NCBI GenBank assembly: GCA_029883565.1
Contig: JAOUJD010000001.1
Span: 1 to 47,496, forward strand
Source of the DNA: Burkholderiaceae bacterium
GTDB lineage: Bacteria > Pseudomonadota > Gammaproteobacteria > Burkholderiales > Burkholderiaceae_F
Length of the DNA stretch: 47,496 nucleotides
Direction of reading: 5' to 3'
Below the pieces are notes generated by a model. The model saw nothing but the letters and a program-made list of their open reading frames with translations, made no database searches and was not told the origin of the DNA. The position numbers were made by a program, and so were the translations under genes. Shown here in pieces: positions 46,853-47,496 of the stretch. Each line of letters starts with the position of its first letter. Within the stretch, counting starts at the first letter, position 1.

Positions 46853-47368
46853 ATGCACCGAGTCATCGCTGCCGTTTGCCTGGCCGTCGCGCCGGTCGTC
46901 GCCTTCGCTGCGATCTACAAGGTGCAGATGCCAGACGGCACGATCCTGTTCACCGACAGCCCTCCCCCGAATGGCAAGATCCTCGAGGAGCGCGAAACCA
47001 AGCCGACACCGCGCACGGCAGCGCCGAGGAGCGTGACGCCCGCGACGGGCGCGGCGCCCGCCGCGGCGATGCCGGTCCTCCCGTCGCCGGCCGGCGGCAT
47101 CCCGCCCGGGTCGACGGTCCGTCCCATTCCGCAGAACCTGGACGCCGCCAACGCGGAAGTCACGGCCGCCGAGCGCGAGCTCGCGGTGCTCCGCCGCAAG
47201 CTGGAGCTGGGCCGCGAGCCGTTGCCAGGCGAGCGGCTCGGAACCGCAAAGGGCGGGTCGCGGCTTTCGCCCGAGTACGAGAGCCGCATTGCCGAACTCG
47301 AACGCGAGGTCGCGCAGGCGGAGACGCGAGTGAAGCAGGCGTACGAGGCCCGGAACGCGCTGAAGTAA
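46853..47368 (+). CDS. DUF4124 domain secreted protein with a C-terminal coiled-coil-like region
   Basis: The signal peptide is MHRVIAAVCLAVAPVVAFA, followed by the DUF4124 signature IYKVQMPDGTILFTDSPP. The C-terminus is Glu/Arg-rich and helical. An RBS GGGGAG lies upstream of the ATG at 46853. Confidence 0.7.
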   Translation: MHRVIAAVCLAVAPVVAFAAIYKVQMPDGTILFTDSPPPNGKILEERETKPTPRTAAPRSVTPATGAAPAAAMPVLPSPAGGIPPGSTVRPIPQNLDAANAEVTAAERELAVLRRKLELGREPLPGERLGTAKGGSRLSPEYESRIAELEREVAQAETRVKQAYEARNALK

Positions 47369-47430
47369 CGGTCGCGACTCGGTCGCGGCACCCGACCCGG
47401 CGCCGCTCTGTCGCGGGTCCCTGTAAACAA

Positions 47431-47461
47431 AGAGCCCGGCGCTCGGCCGGGCTCTTTTTTC
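47431..47461 (+). terminator. Rho-independent terminator
   Basis: A perfect 10 bp stem, AGAGCCCGGC (47431-47440) / GCCGGGCTCT (47446-47455), encloses a 5 nt loop and is followed by a T-tract (TTTTTT). Confidence 0.85.
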
Positions 47462-47496
47462 GATCGCGCGGCTGCCGCTCAGGCCACCCGACTCCG

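Noticed and set aside
1-47496. A genomic island, prophage or mobile element interpretation of the accessory-looking 359-8400 region
   Set aside because: I found no integrase, transposase, tRNA attachment site, flanking direct repeats or obvious compositional shift. GC-richness and codon style look the same as in the flanking core genes.

Overview
This is a very GC-rich, gene-dense chromosomal segment. Gene content and order (hemF-nadD-rsfS-rlmH-maf-rng, yebC-purD, and narXL divergent from narK1K2GHJI) look betaproteobacterial or Burkholderiales-like, but I cannot confirm the taxon without a search. I call 41 protein-coding genes. I see no rRNA, tRNA, CRISPR array, IS element, integrase or prophage signature, and composition looks homogeneous by eye.

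Layout:
- 2-292: 3-prime part of an SMR/SugE exporter gene, cut by the window edge.
- 359-7362: a same-strand envelope module. It contains an S33 alpha/beta-hydrolase lipoprotein, an ABC-2 ATPase and permease, a transmembrane Hanks Ser/Thr kinase with a PEGA ectodomain, a paralogous degenerate pseudokinase with the same architecture, and a small TPR-like lipoprotein.
- 7411-8400: an orphan Lon-like AAA+ ATPase.
- 8702-24411: a respiratory nitrate reductase locus. narXL is divergent from narK1-narK2-narGHJI, which is extended by a parvulin PPIase, NnrS, a SirB2-like protein and a hemerythrin.
- 24458-34860: housekeeping genes (HerA-like/YjgR ATPase, yebC, purD, S9 peptidase, hemF, nadD, rsfS, rlmH, maf, rng).
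- 34865-43185: an LPS core / O-antigen ligase cluster arranged divergently around msbA, with an AhpD-like redox protein embedded by start/stop overlaps.
- 43198-47368: dnaE and a DUF4124 protein.

The best candidate for an undescribed system is the kinase / pseudokinase / lipoprotein / ABC module at 359-7362. All functional calls come from motif recognition by eye in the supplied translations. No database search was possible.
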